NCBI RefSeq assembly: GCF_036321535.1
Contig: NC_087436.1
Coordinates: forward strand, 46,006,001 to 46,070,000
Reading direction: 5' to 3'
Length of the DNA stretch: 64,000 nt
Origin: Camelus dromedarius
Lineage: Eukaryota
Below are positions 12,226-25,722 of this stretch, piece by piece (the stretch's first letter is position 1; each line of letters begins with the position of its first letter). A program made the translations under genes and the position numbers. A model generated the notes under the pieces. That model did no database searches. It was given only the letters and a program-made list of their open reading frames with translations, and was not told where the DNA came from.

Positions 12226-12933
12226 CTAAAAATAAAAAAACAACAAAATATTAATACTCCCTTTTCTCAAAATTATCAAGCATAAAAGAGGTAAAGTATA
12301 CTAATCCAAAACTCAAATCAAGTAGGAACAGACATTAAAGTAAAAAGGAAACCTGTGATTGGCACATTTGGCATCTACATCCAGGAATCTACAGTGCGTC
12401 TAGATTTTTTTTTTTTTTAACCATCTTCCTTACTTTTTCCCCAATAGGAATGTAATGCTTCGACCAGGGCAACTGATTCACTATACTTCCTGTCCACTAA
12501 TTCCATTATTTCAACTACTATCTGTACTTTAACTAATGCCCCCCGCCCCTTGCCCCATCCCGTTCTGTGGCTGTCAGGATCCTTTTCCTGATCATGAGGT
12601 ATCATTTATGAAGCCATCTTGACCATTCTGACACCCTTCACCCCCACCCTGTCTGATGACTTCTCCTGAACTCCTAATCATTAATGGCATTTCAGACAAT
12701 GGATAAAGTTGAACTAGATAGACTTTTGAGGTTCCTTTAAATTTTATGAGTCTGTACGATAAAATCCTTGAAGACAGGAATTTATCTCTTTATCAAGTAT
12801 GTATCATCCATGACACCCTCTGAGCTTCTAATCCATGTTTCACTGCCTGATCTGTGATAATAGAGCTGGACCCTGTAAGTGTTTCTTCTTTTACCAGCCA
12901 AAATGTTAAGCTTTGTCATCAGACGGTGCTTAC

Positions 12934-13038
12934 AGAGCCACAGTCCATGAGGAAAGCACCTTCTCTCGTCAGTTTCTCGGCAGACAATTTTTGAAGAGGT
13001 GGCTGAGGCACAACTCTGTCGTTAACATGTATCGCACC
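12934..13038 (-). CDS. SEC24B: SEC24B exon ~21 (105 nt): GAIHVNDRVVPQPPLQKLSAEKLTREGAFLMDCGS
   Basis: Acceptor cttttcag, donor TCT|gtaagc; phase 0-0. Confidence 0.96.
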
Positions 13039-13158
13039 CTGAAAAGAAAAAGATGGAATGTCAATGAGCTTACGCTAGTATTATCACAGTTTGGAAGTTA
13101 ATGGCCACTAGCTCTTTATGAAATGACATTTGAGAATTTTGGAGGATGCAAAAAATTA

Positions 13159-13311
13159 CAGATGACCTTTGAACAACATGGATTTGAACTACATGAGTCC
13201 ACATATATGCAGCTTTTTTCAAGAAATACTACAGTACTACATGATCTGCAGCTGGTTGAATCTGTGTGTACAGGACAGAGGATATGGAAGGCTGACTATC
13301 AAGGGTCACTA
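13159..13311 (+). mobile_element. Internally deleted Tigger2/MER8-like TcMar element
   Basis: TA-flanked; terminal inverted repeats cagatgacctttgaa ... tcaagggtcacta. Confidence 0.75.
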
Positions 13312-13944
13312 TATTGGTAACATATTTCCACCTTGGCTGTAGAATCAAGACACTTAAATGTATTTAAATTAAAAGACACTCAAGTATATTCAAATTTAAA
13401 AGATAAAAACATGAATATGTAAAATGATCTGGCCATTTCCTCCCCTGCTGGGATCAGGATATGTTAGAAGTATGACTAACATATCTCAGTAACAAAACAC
13501 ACAGAAGATTCCAAAGAGTGGAGTTTTAACACAATGAAGAAAAAGAGACTACATAATTCCATTTTAAAAATACTATTGGATACCAGATTTGGTTTATAAC
13601 ACTATAATCAAAGTTGTGCTCTGATCATATCAGAAACAGTCAATATCTCCAAAATTTAAGTGGACGTGCTCACTCTACAACTTAGCTTTGTAATAAGTAT
13701 TGTAACCAAACCCACAAGGTGAATTGCTTTTGTATGAAACTCTTTTTGAAAACTCCATAATCATAATTGTATCCGATAGTCCTATTGTCCAACTAAACCG
13801 ATGGCTAGTGTTCTTATTTAATGTATTAGTACTACAGGGGAAAAACAGAAGAAACTGTTACTCATACATCATCTTAGCTGTAGAATCAAGACACTCAAAT
13901 ATATTTAAATTAAAAAATTTCAAACACACTAAAAGAAACCATAC

Positions 13945-14082
13945 CTCATCTGTCAATCTGTCTATCCTGTATAAGTTGGGGTGAATCATTTTCATTAGAT
14001 GAACAAGCGGCTGACACTTTATCTGACACATGGCATATACACGGTCATCCAGGCGTGTGCTTGTACCAGTTCTAAAGGCTTT
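13945..14082 (-). CDS. SEC24B: SEC24B exon ~20 (138 nt): KAFRTGTSTRLDDRVYAMCQIKCQPLVHLMKMIHPNLYRIDRLTDE
   Basis: Acceptor ttccatgtag, donor GAG|gtatgg; phase 0-0. Confidence 0.96.
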
Positions 14083-14490
14083 CTACATGGAAAAACGATA
14101 CACATCACTCAGTAAAACACAAATATAGTGAACAAATATTCACATCAGAGAGACCTGGATTCAAATCTCAGCCCTAACATTTAATAGGTAGGTACGTGAG
14201 CAAGTTAATTAGCTTCTCAAAGTTATGTTGTCATCATATGTACGTACACCATTATTTAAGTTGCCCCCACATGTTAGAGTGAGAGTGTATGGTTCCATGA
14301 GAGTCATCTGTATTTATACACCTTCATTTTCCACTGATCTTTTCCTGTTCTTCAAAGTCTTCCAATGCTAAGCTGTATAACCATCAATTAAATATTTAAA
14401 ATCCCACAGAAAACTGAGATTTCATTTCTTCACCTATGTATCGAGAATTTCAAAAGACTTTATTAAAGTTAACAGTGTATAGAAAACTAC

Positions 14491-14666
14491 CTGTTTGAGA
14501 AGGGCCAGTACATAGAGAGGAAACAACTTGAGGGAGCTGGGTGCTATCAATGCAGAGTGCTGTAAGTTTGAGACAGTTGAGCCATATGCAGATAATGAAT
14601 CCACCACAGCGTTCACTAGGGCATCTCTTGCATCTGATAGGCTTGATGAAATTGATCGATCCACAG
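14491..14666 (-). CDS. SEC24B: SEC24B exon ~19 (176 nt): AVDRSISSSLSDARDALVNAVVDSL...LKLFPLYVLALLKQ
   Basis: Acceptor gctttatag, donor CAG|gtagtt; helical domain. Confidence 0.96.
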
Positions 14667-15599
14667 CTATAAAGCAAACAAAATGGAAAGGTATTTAACC
14701 AACAGATGCCAATGAATACTACAACATAAAATTTACATGCATTATTTAAGAAACCAACAAAAATTTCATTTTTAGGTTAGAAAAATACATTTTACTTGCT
14801 CCCTCATTACACAATTTTTTGGAACTAAATCTGAATAAACCTGACAATCAAAACAAATCTAGATTGCTTTCGACCTTTTTGTTTTAATCTTTTTTAAATT
14901 TGAAAACATAACCACTATTGATATTAGAGAATGTGTATCATCCATCTACTTCTGAGAAAGCTCTTGGGGATATTTCCATTACGCAAACAGAAGTCACATG
15001 ATTAAGTATCACTCTTTACTGCGTAAACAATATAAGTTCTGTGAAGTGAAATATCCCTTATTACCCTCTAATATGTCCTTTGTCAAAGCCTTCCTAGGTC
15101 AACAAAAATAGAGGGCAAACTAAACACAGGTTCTCATACAGACACTGAAGAGCCAGCTATCAGTGTGGAACTTATTTTCCTCTATGTATATAAGATTTGG
15201 GAGTTGGATGGACTAGAGGTCCAGCCTGAGCTCTTGGATTTACTAGCTGTGCAAGTCTAGGCAAACTGATTGACCTCTCTGAGCCTCCATTTTTTTGTCT
15301 CTGAAATAAGACCTATTAAAATAAAAATGACCTACATATATGCCCAAGTACTAAAAATAAGATTATATTGAAAAATAATTATGGTTAGCTATAATTAATT
15401 TGAAATACAGACACAAAGTGATAGTTAAAATATTGGAATCCTTTAGTAAAAATACTATTATCCTTTTTCCTAAAATGAGTAATAATGATTATTTTTCTCC
15501 AGGATTACACGGAAAATAACATGGTTCATTTTACATATACATTTATCTAAAAGGTAGATTTGTTAAAAACAAAACACTCAGTGTTATATTAATTCCCTA

Positions 15600-16045
15600 A
15601 CAAATTGTTTTTAAACTCACATACAGTAAAATTTACTTTTTTGAATATAGTTCCATGGTGGTTATACATCAAATGCACAGCCATGTAATCACTGCCACAC
15701 TCAAGATATACAACAGTTCCATCACCCCAAAGGTATTCCCTGGTGCTGCCCCTTTGTGGTAAAACTGTCTCTGCCCCCAACCCTGATAATCACTGATCTA
15801 TTCTTCATCCCTATAATTTTCACTTTTCCAGAATGTAATATAAATGGAACCACAAGTATGTAGCCTCTTTGAGTCTAGCTTCTGGCACTTAATATAATGC
15901 CTTTGAGTCATCCATGTCCATTCGCATACTAACAGTTCATTCATCGCGAAGTTGTATTCCATCGCATGGAAGTACCATAGTTTGTCCATGCATTCACCAG
16001 TTGAAAGACATTTGAGTTGTTACCAGTTATTAGTGATTATGAATC
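15600..16045 (-). mobile_element. Old L1M 3'UTR fragment
   Basis: Reverse-strand L1 3' motifs (MDKLWYFHAMEY-like). Confidence 0.7.
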
Positions 16046-16137
16046 CCACAAAAGATTTTTAAATTAAAGAATTAGTGAGAAATATAAGAACAGTCCAATT
16101 CACACTGCTGCAAATGAAAATGTAAACCATACATACC

Positions 16138-16285
16138 TTTTTAAAAAACATTTTTGTTTATTTTAACTTTTTTGTGTGGGGGAGGAAGGTAATTAGGTTT
16201 ATTTTTAGAGGAGGTACTGGGGATTGAATCCAGGACCCTGCACACGCCAAGCATACTCTCTACCACTTGAGCTGTATCCTCCCCC
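16138..16285 (-). mobile_element. tRNA-derived SINE (camelid Vic-1-like)
   Basis: Reverse-complement match to the other copies in the window. Confidence 0.87.
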
Positions 16286-16394
16286 AGATATGTACTTTAT
16301 AAACAAGGGATTTCCAGGGTAAAAAAAAATGCCCAGGCTTCAGTTTTGAGGACAGAAAAATATATTTCACCTATTCCTTCACTTTTTTACTCAC

Positions 16395-16505
16395 CCATGT
16401 TTGCCAGAAGGCAGATGGCAGCTTGTACATCCACTCCTGCATATACGTCTGCTAGTGAACTTACCACTGGCAAGCAAAGCGTATGCACTCTAATTCTCCG
16501 CTCAC
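16395..16505 (-). CDS. SEC24B: SEC24B exon ~18 (111 nt): GERRIRVHTLCLPVVSSLADVYAGVDVQAAICLLANM
   Basis: Acceptor ctttcattag, donor TGG|gtgagt; conserved GERRIRVHT motif. Confidence 0.97.
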
Positions 16506-17127
16506 CTAATGAAAGGATAAGTCCATGTCATTGCAACATACATCAGACCAACACAGAAATAAATCAAACATATCAAAGTATTACTCAAGTTATTGTTTTG
16601 ATTAGATTAAACCACCAACAGGATTCTGAAAGTTTTACAATGAACATGTCTTAAAGAAAATTAAATACCTTCTAAATCTGAACACAGAATATGAACATAT
16701 ACTGTATTTTGTATACAGCTGAACATTAGATTTTGGTTTTTATTTTATTATCACTCATTCTAAATTACATGCAACATAGTAAAACGTCAGAAAACTTAAG
16801 ACTATGAAATAACAAATGTAGGCTTCAAACGCCATGCAGAATTCATGTTACGGGGAAAGAAATAATGCTCAGGATGACACAGGTGGATTCGGTATGAGAC
16901 ATTCTGGTAGTGTGATCCTGGGAATACAAGTCTTCCACAAGTCAAAAAAGGTATTATTTAAAGAATCAAAAATAAGTTGAAAAAAAAGACTGGAACTTAT
17001 ATTCAATTAACTAATACAGATTCCATTACCTCCCATCGTGTGTTCATTCATTCTCCCCATTCTCCCAGCCTGTGAAAGGAGGAGAGAATCACTGCCACAG
17101 GTTATATTTCATTTCTGTTAACCTTAC

Positions 17128-17301
17128 CTTTGCTTGACGTATACAGTAGGGCTGTCTGAAAGCACACTAAGGAAGTATCTGTCAAACTTTCTTCAATTGA
17201 CAGCTGTACTGCAAACCCAGCATCAGGATTGATGTTGGCAAGGGATAACAGATCAGTGGAACGGACGAAGAAGTTTCCATGAAAAGTATGCATTGAAAGA
17301 C
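17128..17301 (-). CDS. SEC24B: SEC24B exon ~17 (174 nt): GLSMHTFHGNFFVRSTDLLSLANINPDAGFAVQLSIEESL...LLYTSSK
   Basis: Acceptor cttacctag, donor AAG|gtaagg; beta-barrel domain. Confidence 0.97.
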
Positions 17302-18018
17302 CTAGGTAAGAGGAAACTTGTCATAAAAGATGAAGTAAGAGCAGTATCTTAGGCTAAAGCTACTTTTTAAAATAAAAAACATCTCTGATTTTGAATCAAA
17401 AGGATAACTGGGGAGTAGTACTGGAGTGTCAGTGGAGGTTCTAAAATACTAATTCAAAAAAAAGCCCAGTGCAGGTTATGCAAAAGGAGACTACACATTT
17501 AACTTGTATTGACAACTAATCTTTTAATATTTCCTCCTTTGTGATCTAAAGTCAAAGACCTAACATATAAAATTAAACCAATGAAGCTTTTACTGTACAA
17601 CTTACTTAAGAATTAAAATAAAGGATGAGAATCCTTCCAACATTCACATAAAATGAAGACAATACAAAACTGAAGACCATCTGAGATGATTAGGAAGGCA
17701 GACTATTAATTTGACAATTTTCACTTAAAATTGTCCCTATTCCTCAAATTCTTCTGAAATCACCTCCAATATGGGCTTTCTCTTAGATTCTTCCTAATAA
17801 AGCAAAACACTACCTTTTCCCACTTACTCAAATTACTTAAAAAATTGGGCAATGGCTATTCAATAACTATATATATATATATTTAGAACAGGATACGGCT
17901 AACTGAATCAAGCAGAAAATCCTTTATAATTATTATATGTAGTCATAGTCAATATATGAATGTTTATTAATTTTGACAAAAGTATATAGTACAAAGCATA
18001 ATTTGTATTATTTCATAC

Positions 18019-18177
18019 CTTTAGTACACCTTATTCTCATAACAGCTTCAAACCCAATTTTTCTTGTGAGATATCGTTTTAGGTCTTTTTGTAACTTCTC
18101 TGCTTGTGAAGGATTGTGCATATAGTGGAAAGACGGATAATAATAGATGCAGCCTGCAGAATACCTGGAAATGCAAG
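18019..18177 (-). CDS. SEC24B: SEC24B exon ~16 (159 nt): ACISRYSAGCIYYYPSFHYMHNPSQAEKLQKDLKRYLTRKIGFEAVMRIRCTK
   Basis: Acceptor tctctctaaag, donor AAG|gtatga; phase 1-1. Confidence 0.96.
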
Positions 18178-18587
18178 CTTTAGAGAGAAATATAAAAAGA
18201 ATTACCTGCAGAAACAATAATATCCTACTTGTCCATATTCTATATTACAAAGTGCAGATTCTATATTACAAAGAAATCTAAGTTATAATGAAAAAAAACC
18301 TAAGCTGTTAAAAAAAATGAGGATAATATATAACTCTGAGAAACACAAACATCTGTAAAATGTAACATACGGTAAGGTTTACTGTTGAGCAGAATGATAA
18401 GGGAACTATGTTTTAAAAACATAGCATTTTATATTTGTATAGCGCTTTGAAGTTTACCAGTAATTTTCATAGACATTATCTAATTCACGTATCTCTCCCC
18501 TGAAACTATTGAGAACTTAAAAGTTTAGATTTAACTATATGCTAGAAATATTTATGTAAACAGATAAATACAGTAGTATCTCCTTAC

Positions 18588-18711
18588 CTAGAGAAGCGAG
18601 ATCAGAATACTGTGAACTTAAAAGGAACAGGTCCACTGCAGTCTGCTGCCCTGAGCAATCTAAGGCGAGTTTCTTATAAAAATCAGTTGCAGGGCCAAGA
18701 TGCTGTACAAC
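18588..18711 (-). CDS. SEC24B: SEC24B exon ~15 (124 nt): VVQHLGPATDFYKKLALDCSGQQTAVDLFLLSSQYSDLASL
   Basis: Acceptor ttgacttag, donor TAG|gtaagg; phase 0-1. Confidence 0.96.
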
Positions 18712-19696
18712 CTAAGTCAACAGGTCATAAAGTAAGAGCTAGAAACCCTGGGAATAATTGCTAACATCTATAAAGAAAGCACTTATGTGCCAGCACAGAT
18801 GTTTCATATAAATTACATTATTTAATCCTCATAGTAATATGTATCTCATAGAGTTATCCACATTTACAGATGAGGAAACAGACAAAAAAATGATAAAGTA
18901 ACTTGATCAGTTCCATAGTTGTAACATAAAGTCAGGAAGTCTGGCTCCAGCGTGACTGCTGTTAGCCATTATTATATGTATACTGCTAAGCAAAAACACG
19001 AGAGAGTAACAGATTAAGGAAGGCTTTTCCTGTTGGTGTGAGGACACTTGAGCTGAGGAGATGGCACTGGAGAAGAGTTAAGAATGCAAAAGCCAGGCTC
19101 CAAGTTCTTAATTACTACACTATACAACAATATGTTTCAATCTTCTTAATTACAGTGCGTGATTATCGTATTAGAGTTTCCTCAAATATAGAGGAATATG
19201 CAATACAGAACAGATACTTACGCTGTTGAGTGCCAGGCAGAAAGAGAGCATTTCTGGAAGTTAAATGAGGGGACAAAACCCACAAAACTGTATTGAAGAA
19301 TCAGTAAACACTTTCCTGTGCTCAAAACACCTCAGTATTCTCAGTGGATTTCAATGGGTCAGTGAACTGAATGCTAGCTGTACTTGTTGATGAATTAAAA
19401 TATACTTGCTCCAATTTATTTTGAAATTAGCTCCTTTCTCAAAAGCAATTTAAAAACACAATGTCTATAAAAAGTAAAATATGGTGCTGCTCTTCTCTAG
19501 CAATGTGGTGAAGAATAAAAAAGCAACAATACTTAATGGTGGCTAGAAGATGAGAGTCCTTAAGAGTACAGGACGGTAACAACCCCAATAAATAAAGCAC
19601 AATAAAAGTGTAAATACAGTTTACACTCCCTAACCCAATAATCCACTTCTAGGAATTTATCTTAAGGAAAAACTGAATATGTGGCTAAAAATTTTA

Positions 19697-19769
19697 TGAC
19701 ACTATTAAAACTGTTAATTCATACTCATAACTGACATTATTAAAAATGTTTAATTCACACTCATAACTA
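19697..19769. repeat. ~36-nt tandem duplication, 2 imperfect copies
   Basis: tgacactattaaaactgttaattcatactcataac / tgacattattaaaaatgtttaattcacactcataac. Confidence 0.85.
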
Positions 19770-20624
19770 TTTGCAATGGCATTTTCTTATCTGTAAGTTG
19801 AAGTCAGACAAAACTTACGTACAGAACAAAAATGATTGTTCTAGTAAAATTTTTATTTGAAATAAGGGATTACAATACCCTGACCAAATCTCCATGTAAA
19901 ACTTAAGTAATATTCAGTCTCATTTTCTTTTTTTAAATAATGAAAACACTGGCAACAACTATTCAACACTAGGAGGCAATTAATTAAATCAAGTTTTCAC
20001 GTTTACTAAAAAATATTTTTAAAGAGAATTTTTAGGGACCTCAGAAAATGTTCACTATATACTCTTCAGTGAAAAATGTCAATTAATAAACATGGTATAC
20101 ACATGTAAGGCCCAATTATGCTTACTTGTATGTATTTGTGTAACTAAATGCTATTATCTTAACAGTGAGATAATTGATCATTTATATTAGTTTCCATTTT
20201 CCAAGTTTTATATAGTGATTTGTATCACCTTCATAATGAAAAAATGTATTAGTATGTGCATGTTAAATTATAACCTCAGATCGTGAGTATTATCACTTGT
20301 GAAACAGAAAAGAGCACTGAAGCCAGAAATTCAAGTCACATCTTTACCATTAAACAGCTACTTAACCTTTGGTAAGACTGTTTAATCTGTTTCCTCATCT
20401 GTAAAATAAAAGGGTTGGGGTAGATAATGTATAAATTTCTATAACTTGTAAACAAAGTTATAAAAAGAACACAAGGCAACACAATAACAAAGAAAGATTA
20501 ATTTGAGTTAAACTGTCTCACCAGTTTTTTTCCTTACTATCAATGAAGTGGAAAAACAGAACAGACACAGTCTTAGAGGCAGAGACACGATCCTGAGCAT
20601 GACAGAGAAACCAATGTAAAATAC

Positions 20625-20831
20625 CTTTGTGCTGGATCTCTGATTAGGGTCCTCTCTGGACTGCAGAAGGCCTGCCCCCAAGGAAGGCAACTGTGTCTGA
20701 AACACAGACACGCGGCCGCCTGTTGGAGACATTAATTTAAAGGCAGCCTGAAGTGCAGGACCCAGGGCGCTGTGTGTCTCTCTTGTGTTGGTGAACATAT
20801 TTGGTAATGCATTCAGTAAGTCTTTTATAAG
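20625..20831 (-). CDS. SEC24B: SEC24B exon ~14 (207 nt): LIKDLLNALPNMFTNTRETHSALGPALQAAFKLMSPTGGRV...RSSTK
   Basis: Acceptor tttctccag, donor AAG|gtattt; phase 0-0. Confidence 0.97.
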
Positions 20832-21079
20832 CTGGAGAAACAAGGATTAAAAGTTGAATTACTGGGAAAGCAAGGCAATATTCTTCTTTAAAACATCCCA
20901 GAGTATAGTATGTGCCACTACATTTTAGGGGATGGTAAACTGAGTAGTCAACAATGTGCTACCTACATTGTTTACTGCAATGTTGATATAGTCCACGTAT
21001 AACAGATGTTCAGCATTTTAGTTATCAGTTGAAGTAACAGAAATATTTTAATACTTTAAGGAAAAAAAATCATTCTCAC

Positions 21080-21135
21080 CTCCTTACTTTCATGTAGATT
21101 CACAAGCAAGCTATCCGGTGTGGGCAGAAAAACAT
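21080..21135 (-). CDS. SEC24B: SEC24B exon ~13 (56 nt): DVFLPTPDSLLVNLHESKE
   Basis: Acceptor ttcctatag, donor GAG|gtgaga; phase 1-0. Confidence 0.95.
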
Positions 21136-21488
21136 CTATAGGAAAAACATGTATTTTAACCAAAAGATAAATCAGGTCAAAAGAATTTCACATTTAAAAA
21201 TCTTAGTTTTTTAAAGGCCATACATGTAATGGGTACAGTGATAGTGCTTTATTAACTACATACACTCTGTATTACACACGTGTGTGTGCTTGAGCGTGTG
21301 TAGGTATACACACACAGGTGTAAAGAACTTATAATCACGTATTTTCCAGGAAAACAATGATTTTAAAACAAATATCAAAGTGCGCCAAATTATCCTTACA
21401 GCATTATGACATGAGGTATTGTAAAATACAGTAGCCTGAATTCCAAACTTCTATAGTGAAAAAGACTGTTATTTTATTCACTGCTTAC

Positions 21489-21607
21489 CATCTATATCAG
21501 ACACAATCAACATTTGAGGCTGTGATAATCCTTCTTGTAAGTTGTAGAAATGAATAGTGCTATCAAAGGTCATGAATCCTATTCTTGTTCGTGAATCGCC
21601 AGGAAGC
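21489..21607 (-). CDS. SEC24B: SEC24B exon ~12 (119 nt): LPGDSRTRIGFMTFDSTIHFYNLQEGLSQPQMLIVSDID
   Basis: Acceptor atctttag, donor ATG|gtaagc; phase 2-1. Confidence 0.96.
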
Positions 21608-23926
21608 CTAAAGATACAAATGACAATTTAAAATTCAAAGTGCTAAGTAAACAAATTTTATTAAAAACAAAGGATAGTAAACTAAGTCTAAGAATAAACA
21701 CATATGCTTTTTAAAGAAAATAGAAAAGTTATCCCTATCTACACCAATGTATATCAGCGGACAGCAAACATGGAACTTTCCATTTTCAGATGAAACCACT
21801 GACATGTTTAATAGAGTTCATGCTTCAGAAAATTGAACTATATTCAAATAATAAACCAATACTAAAACTGATAATGATTAAAACCAAAGATTTCTTGCTA
21901 ACTTTCCTGTGAAACACATTCCGTTAAGTGAAAAAGTACTCATATTTTCAGTAATATTATAAAAATGATGTATCTTGTTTAAGCATTTTAAGGAGAACTA
22001 ATGCAAATCAGATTTTAACATGTAAAATTTTAAATAAAAACCACATTTAGGAACATTGAGACATTTCATCTATCATCAATCGTTTAAAATTTCCTGTTAG
22101 AACTCAGTATTCAAAAGCCAATGATACAAAAAAAAAAAAAAAAAGATACAGCAAAGAAGAACAAATTACCATTTAAAAGCCTGTCAAGCTTTCTTCATTA
22201 ATAAGATAGATGCTTTATCTTGCCAAAGTATATTTCTAAGTACCACCAAGTATGTTAACTGTTATTATGTAATCTGTTGTTTTAGCAATGTCTTTAAAAT
22301 ATTTTTGAATGTTACAGGATGCCGAAATAGTGTGCATCAAAAGCAAAAAGCATTATTACTATTATGAGTGGTCAATCAGGCTACTCAGATAGAGTCTGCA
22401 AGCTCGGTCAAAAAGCCTGTCAGAGAACAGAATACAACAAGCCATGTGGGTATTTAGTTTACAACACTGGTCAAGATTTATGTTGTTTACACAGACTAAT
22501 TTCTTCACTTCTTTGAGATTTCTAAGGTCACTGAGTATTAGGGCTATTTGTTACCAATCAGATTGGAGGCAGCAAATTCCTTTTTCGCAAAGCCGCAGCC
22601 ACAGCCCTTTCCAAAACTATCATACTACCTTGCTGCTATCCTATCACCGTTTCCTTTTTTTTTTTTTAACTTTCCTAATACTTTTATTTTCCACTGTAAT
22701 ATTATATATATATGTTTTTTCTATTTTCCATTCCCAATTTTATCCTTTTGGTTTTGCATAGTCTATTTAATTCACAAATAGTCACTCACCTTCGTTGGAC
22801 TGGCTCCTATTTCTAGGGCTATATCCTCATACTTTCCCAGCAAGTTAACGCTGCAGTTTTAAAAACTATTTCTTTGCAGGGGGTCTCCCATTCCCACCCA
22901 CTGCTATAGGTATAACTGAATTAAGTAATTGTGACTAAAAAAAGGACAAATGCTTTAATCAAGGGTAAAGATATGAAAAATTTAGGTTACTAACAGAAAC
23001 AAAAAGCAGACCATTGAATATCCTTGGAGGTTTTTAATCTTGAATGTCTCGATGTTACTGGTTTATTCACAGGCCAAACCCAGTGATGTGGAGGTTATGG
23101 TGACTAGAGCTAGCACGCAGTAGAGCAAGAACCCTCAAACTCGAATGGAAGATGAGGGCGAAGAACCTTTTGGAATCACTAAGAGTACTTCAGACAAAAT
23201 ATTCACACGTGACCACCCCCACACTGCTGCACATGGCAAGAACCACCGCAGCAGTGGTTCTTACTGACAATCTTAAGTTACACTTCTTACGGGTGTTGGA
23301 GAAGAAAAAGAAATGTACAGAAACAACTTTGTTTTCCAGAGATTTGGAAGATTTATCTTTTAACACGGTTAAGGGTCTCCTTTATGACTAATACTGGTAG
23401 ACACAAGGCAGGAATTAGAGTCAGGTATAAGCAACCTATCCTATACTCTGTTTCCACTTTCAAAATAAAGCTCATTACTAATGTGCCAGCTCAGTTCCTG
23501 GCTTCCTGAAATATTCAGCACAAAATCAATTCCCTCTTTCCCTTTATCTGTCTCATTCTATCATTAGCTTATTGAAAACTCTCTTATAAAAATCTCCTTG
23601 CACAGGCATGATTTACAGCTAGATTTCTCTCTCTATCCAGATCCTTGCTATCCTGGCCAACTCAAAATTTCTGGGTCCCTGTGCTCAGAGCTGCTAAGTC
23701 AGAGGGGTGGCTAGATGAGACCTAAATTCCTTACTAAGTATTAAAACTTTTATGACTTTAAGATTCAGATACCAAATCATAAATCATAATAATCTAAGTA
23801 GCAGGAGCTTTATTCTAAGGTAGACAGGAGGCATTCTTTTCATGATAAATTAAATTAATCAAAACCAGCTCCATAAATTGCTAATAAACACTTCATATTT
23901 AAATACATTTATGTATATACAATCAT

Positions 23927-23947
23927 ACACACACACACACACACACA
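23927..23947. repeat. (CA)n microsatellite, 30 nt downstream of the exon ~11 donor
   Basis: Directly visible; reads (UG)n in the pre-mRNA. Confidence 0.9.
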
Positions 23948-23976
23948 TATTATGAGTAAAAAAAAAAACCTCTTAC

Positions 23977-24089
23977 TTGTCTAGATTTTCTAACAGTGAC
24001 TGGCACAAAACTGTCAAATATCCAGCCTCCACTGCATTATGAGACACATCTAAAACAAACAAGTAAACTGCGGGCTGAGGAGGACGAAG
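23977..24089 (-). CDS. SEC24B: SEC24B exon ~11 (113 nt): LRPPQPAVYLFVLDVSHNAVEAGYLTVLCQSLLENLD
   Basis: Acceptor cctttcag, donor AA|gtaaga; start of trunk (vWA-like) domain. Confidence 0.96.
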
Positions 24090-25722
24090 CTGAAAGGAAT
24101 AGAAATAATGCAATTTATTCAGTAAGTACAATTTATTCTCTTTATATCACAATTACTACTAGATACGATTCTGGATTAAGCATTATTAGGCAGTGATTAC
24201 ATATAACGGTTAAATAAATAGGCTAAATTTCTTCCTGATAGAGTGTTAAGTTTATTATTTAATACTAACCTCTGTATCCCTTCCCTACTCTTAAAACATT
24301 TTTTTTTCAACCTGACAACCATCAGGACTATTGAGTCACCTGGTAGCAGCCGAATCCCAAGGGTTAAGTGCCAGGTGCAAACAAAGTCCCTGTGATGGCA
24401 CTCTAAGTACATGAAATCCTATCTGCTAGAGATACATAAGAAGTATATATATATTTAATATGTTTATTAAATATTTATATTTATATGATGAAGCATTTAT
24501 GGGCTAAATGCTATGGTGCTGGGGTTAGTATTTAATAAACTCCAGAGCTGGGGAGGGATGGGGCGACTGGGGTAGACTGGGGACACATGAAATACATTTA
24601 GCAAAATGTTGATAATTATTGAAGCCTGGTGATGGGTTAATGATGGTCATTAAACTATCTTCTCTTCTTTCAAGCATACTTGAAAATTACTATTATGAAA
24701 GTTAAAAAGGGAGGAGATATATATATAAACTTCAAAAAAATATGCCAACGAAGAATGGTAAAAATTAAAGATTACTTCTTGCTTCACCACTTCAATTAGA
24801 TAAAGATTCCTAAGGAGCCAGGGCAGAGCTGGCAACATAATAAGATGTACAGAAAGCAAGAAGTTGAGAGTAAAAGTGACCAAGAGAAAGTTTACTACAG
24901 TTAATATGGAAACAGACAAGAAAATAGTAGTTCAGTGGGCAGATGCTAAATTGGACACAAAGGACCATAAAAATCACAAGAATAAGTTAAGAAATGGGCC
25001 AAGCACCAGGAATTCCATACATATTAGTTGTCCCTGTTCACATTTTCCCACTAGCAACACTTTACATTTATACGGACAACAAAGATTAGAAATGAAGATA
25101 CAGAAGAAATGCAAGTTATTAAAAAGATACTTGAAATGAGTAGAAACAAAAAGATGATGAGCAGAACTAAGGCCAAGAATTTGTTTTTGTAAGTGGAAAA
25201 GAAGAATGAGATCTGAAGAATCAGTGTAATTAAAGAACAGGGGAAATTTTATGATTAACTGGGAAGAGCAGAATCAGAGTGAAGCTAACATCCATTCATC
25301 TTCACATCTGCACTGGGTGTACCAGTAAAATGGTGTTATCTTTAAGGGCCTGAAAAGTGCAGATGTGTTTTTTGGCAAAAACACGAGTTTCTCTGTTTGA
25401 GTATCTTAAATATTAAATACTAAATGATAATTAGATTATTTATATTTATCCATACAAGCAATCAAATCAAAATGGCAACAAACTGCAGATGTTGGTGCCC
25501 TTCATGAAACGTTACCAATGTTTCTTAGTGATATAATTGCATTCTTCCAGGAGATCTATAATATTTACAAAGAATTTTCTATTTGTTAAGTATAAACTTC
25601 CAGCATTATTTCAAAAAATTCATATCACAATTTTAAAATTTAGACAAGAATTCACTTAACAGCAAACTATAAATGACCAGTACAATTGTGTCCCACAACT
25701 AATTTCAACACCGAATAGTTAC

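Noticed and set aside
16346..16654. Plus-strand ORFs overlapping SEC24B exons (also 23996..24196, 57825..58097, 12913..13101)
   Set aside because: Antisense shadows of the real exons with no independent coding evidence.
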